Assembly (NCBI GenBank): GCA_004524445.1
Contig: SDNP01000036.1
Coordinates: 1-27,101 of the forward strand
Source: Candidatus Thorarchaeota archaeon
GTDB lineage: Archaea; Asgardarchaeota; Thorarchaeia; Thorarchaeales; Thorarchaeaceae
Reading direction: 5' to 3'
DNA: 27,101 nucleotides
A program made the position numbers and the translations under genes. Below are positions 25,234 to 27,101 of the stretch, one piece after another. The notes below the pieces were generated by a model. It had not been told where the DNA came from and made no database searches. It was given only the letters and a program-made list of their open reading frames with translations. Each line of letters starts with the position of its first letter. Position 1 is the stretch's first letter.

Positions 25234-26364
25234 TCACCCTTGGCTAAGCTCAATTCTCTGGTAGACATATGTTTGTAAACTCTTTGAGAAGCTTTCCTTG
25301 AAGGATTCCAATTCTGCTGGGTCTTCCGTTTCATTAATGCATAGACCAGCAACTTGGAGGCAGTCTCCCAGTTGTTCAAAGCCTGTATCCATTGTTTCTA
25401 ATCCCAAGCCCACTGCGCGAATCATCTCGTATCCATAGTAGGTGAGTACCAAGCCAGAGAGATCATAGGAATTGCCCTGTTTGAAAACAGGAGCTTCGGA
25501 AACCTCTCTCTTCCTCCTCTCAGCTAGTTGGGGAGTCAGCAGACTAGCTCGGGACTCAGCAATCTTCTCCGAGTCAAGAAACAAAGTAGAATGTCCATTT
25601 TTTATTTGTTCCTTGAGTAAATTGGCTGAAGTATCCAAAATCACGTCACGGACGGATTCAAGCGAATCTTCCGCATGGAGTTCAGACAACAAATCTTCTG
25701 GTTCACCATCATATCCGCCAAGCTCCTCAAGACCAAAAGCCGCCATGAGTCCCCGTTGCAAAGGAAATCTGTCGGAGGCTTTTGCCATTTCCAATATCTG
25801 ATGTATTGATGACAATATTTTCGGTAGTCCGTAGTCACCAATCTGTTCTTCTACTGTAGCCCAATGTATCTTGGGTGAATAGTGCATGGAATCTAAGGAG
25901 TCAGTGAGAGAAATTATAGACAAGTCGCTCAATTTCAATAGATATCTGTAAATCAGACTCAGAATTACCTTTGTACCTCTCCTGAGTGAAATTCTTACCT
26001 TGGGAAAGACCGGCGTAATATCAACTGATTCCAGAGGATTCGCGGAGAGGTCTAACGAATCCAATGTGGAGATTACCTGGAGAGGATACAAATCAAGAGT
26101 ATGCAGTCTATTTGAAGAGATGTCTAGGGCTTGCAGGCAACCGCAGGTTGCTAGCGGTGTTAAGTCAATTTGCTCAATCAGATTACCGCCGAGGTCAAGT
26201 CTTTCCAATTGTTTGCAGCCTGCCAATCCTGAGAGGTCAATCCTCTGTATCGACCTGTTCTTCAAGCTGATGTGGGATGCCTCAGATGTTTCTATGGTGT
26301 ATTGCTGTCTTCCCTGCGTTCCCCAGTGAGTGATAACGAGTTCTGTCATGGTCTGAAACACCAT
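25234..26364 (-). CDS. Leucine-rich repeat protein with an uncharacterised helical C-terminal domain
   Basis: Four 24-aa units LxxLDLxxNxLxx(I/L/V)DLxPL at aa ~29-119 (the first is degenerate). The true start may be ATG 26349, which has GGTG 9 nt upstream. Confidence 0.85.
   Translation of the reverse strand: MVFQTMTELVITHWGTQGRQQYTIETSEASHISLKNRSIQRIDLSGLAGCKQLERLDLGGNLIEQIDLTPLATCGCLQALDISSNRLHTLDLYPLQVISTLDSLDLSANPLESVDITPVFPKVRISLRRGTKVILSLIYRYLLKLSDLSIISLTDSLDSMHYSPKIHWATVEEQIGDYGLPKILSSIHQILEMAKASDRFPLQRGLMAAFGLEELGGYDGEPEDLLSELHAEDSLESVRDVILDTSANLLKEQIKNGHSTLFLDSEKIAESRASLLTPQLAERRKREVSEAPVFKQGNSYDLSGLVLTYYGYEMIRAVGLGLETMDTGFEQLGDCLQVAGLCINETEDPAELESFKESFSKSLQTYVYQRIELSQG
26008..26280 (-). 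repeat. LRR array, 4 x 24 aa
   Basis: Conserved Asn at aa 61, 85 and 109, spaced exactly 24 apart. Confidence 0.8.
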
Positions 26365-26377
26365 GAGGATTAGAGGA

Positions 26378-27100
26378 CTAGAGCAATCCTACTTCTTCAT
26401 TGAATTCACGGATCTTGTCATCAATCTTGGGAACCATCCCGCGGATTTGTCCCCAATACTTTTCGTAGTCATACCATTGGCGATTGAGTTCTTCAAGTTC
26501 GAATCCCTGTTGTTCGATCCATGTGAAGTACTTCAGATGGTGGATCCGCTTTCTATCATAATAGTCTAATTCGATCATGGCGTCAGTCTTCTGTCCGCGA
26601 AGATGTCGGTGGAAGTCTCGAATTGCATCTTTCTCAGTATATTCCCCGTGCTTCTCCCTAGCCTCGGCCATTCTAGAATTATACATCTCCATTGAATCCG
26701 TGAACACTGTGATTATGACATCATCTTCAGTCAATTCGTAGTATTTGGCATACTTGATGCACATCAAGACATTTGCAATGCTGGAAATACCGAGCAGGTC
26801 TAATTTGGATACAAGTTCTTCAGGTACACCAGCCTCCTTGATTAGATACTCCCGACCTACTTGCTCGTTGAATAAACGCATCAATCGCATAGTATCCTCA
26901 TCATCAATTGCTATGATCAGGTCGGCATTCTTGAGGTTGTGAATCCAAGGCACATGCTTATCGCCAATCCCCTCAATACGATGCCCGCCATACCCGTTGA
27001 GCCATAATGTTGGGCATTGTACGGCTTCACCAGCCGCAATCTTTGAAGCAGGATACTGTTCTTTCAGGAAATCACCGCAGGCGATTGTTCCTGCCGAGCC
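26378..27100 (-). CDS. PLP-dependent enzyme, fold type II (cysteine synthase / TrpB-like), 5' truncated by the window edge
   Basis: The frame stays open from 26953 to the edge and reads GSAGTIACGDFLKEQYPASKIAAGEAVQCPTLWLNGYGGHRIEGIGDKHVPWIHN. GSAGT (PLP-phosphate loop), HRIEGIG and GISS match cysteine-synthase-like motifs. Confidence 0.8.
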   Translation of the reverse strand, partial: GSAGTIACGDFLKEQYPASKIAAGEAVQCPTLWLNGYGGHRIEGIGDKHVPWIHNLKNADLIIAIDDEDTMRLMRLFNEQVGREYLIKEAGVPEELVSKLDLLGISSIANVLMCIKYAKYYELTEDDVIITVFTDSMEMYNSRMAEAREKHGEYTEKDAIRDFHRHLRGQKTDAMIELDYYDRKRIHHLKYFTWIEQQGFELEELNRQWYDYEKYWGQIRGMVPKIDDKIREFNEEVGLL

Positions 27101-27101
27101 A

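Noticed and set aside
1-27101. tRNA, rRNA, CRISPR arrays, transposases, integrases
   Set aside because: Intergenic gaps are short (all under about 300 nt) and show no cloverleaf or spaced direct repeats by eye, and no ORF has recombinase or transposase motifs. A covariance-model scan was not possible.

Overview
An archaeal chromosomal window. Its content (archaeal/eukaryote-type TyrRS, ADP-forming acyl-CoA synthetase alpha subunit, GGAGG/GGTG Shine-Dalgarno sites, 24-aa 'IDLxPL' LRR protein, giant sequon-rich surface proteins) points by inference to Asgard archaea, probably Thorarchaeia. From left to right: the tail of a truncated gene; a tightly packed four-gene operon (DUF362 protein, DPPR-synthase-like UbiA, PHP phosphoesterase, flippase-like membrane protein) that reads as a lipid-linked pentose pathway; tyrS; two translationally coupled giant paralogous type I membrane proteins of about 2,560 and 2,590 aa; a cupin; a small 3-TM protein; a long PIN-domain protein; an acyl-CoA synthetase alpha subunit without a beta gene; an LRR protein; and a truncated PLP enzyme. 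The standout is the giant pair. Both proteins have the same architecture: signal peptide, a head with lectin/CBM-like and MG2-like domains, 17 Ig-like repeats matched position by position, one TM helix, and a conserved cytoplasmic tail of about 185 aa with two three-helix units. This suggests a length-matched, possibly heterodimeric adhesion or receptor complex. I saw no rRNA, tRNA, CRISPR array or mobile element. All domain calls come from reading motifs by eye, not from database searches.
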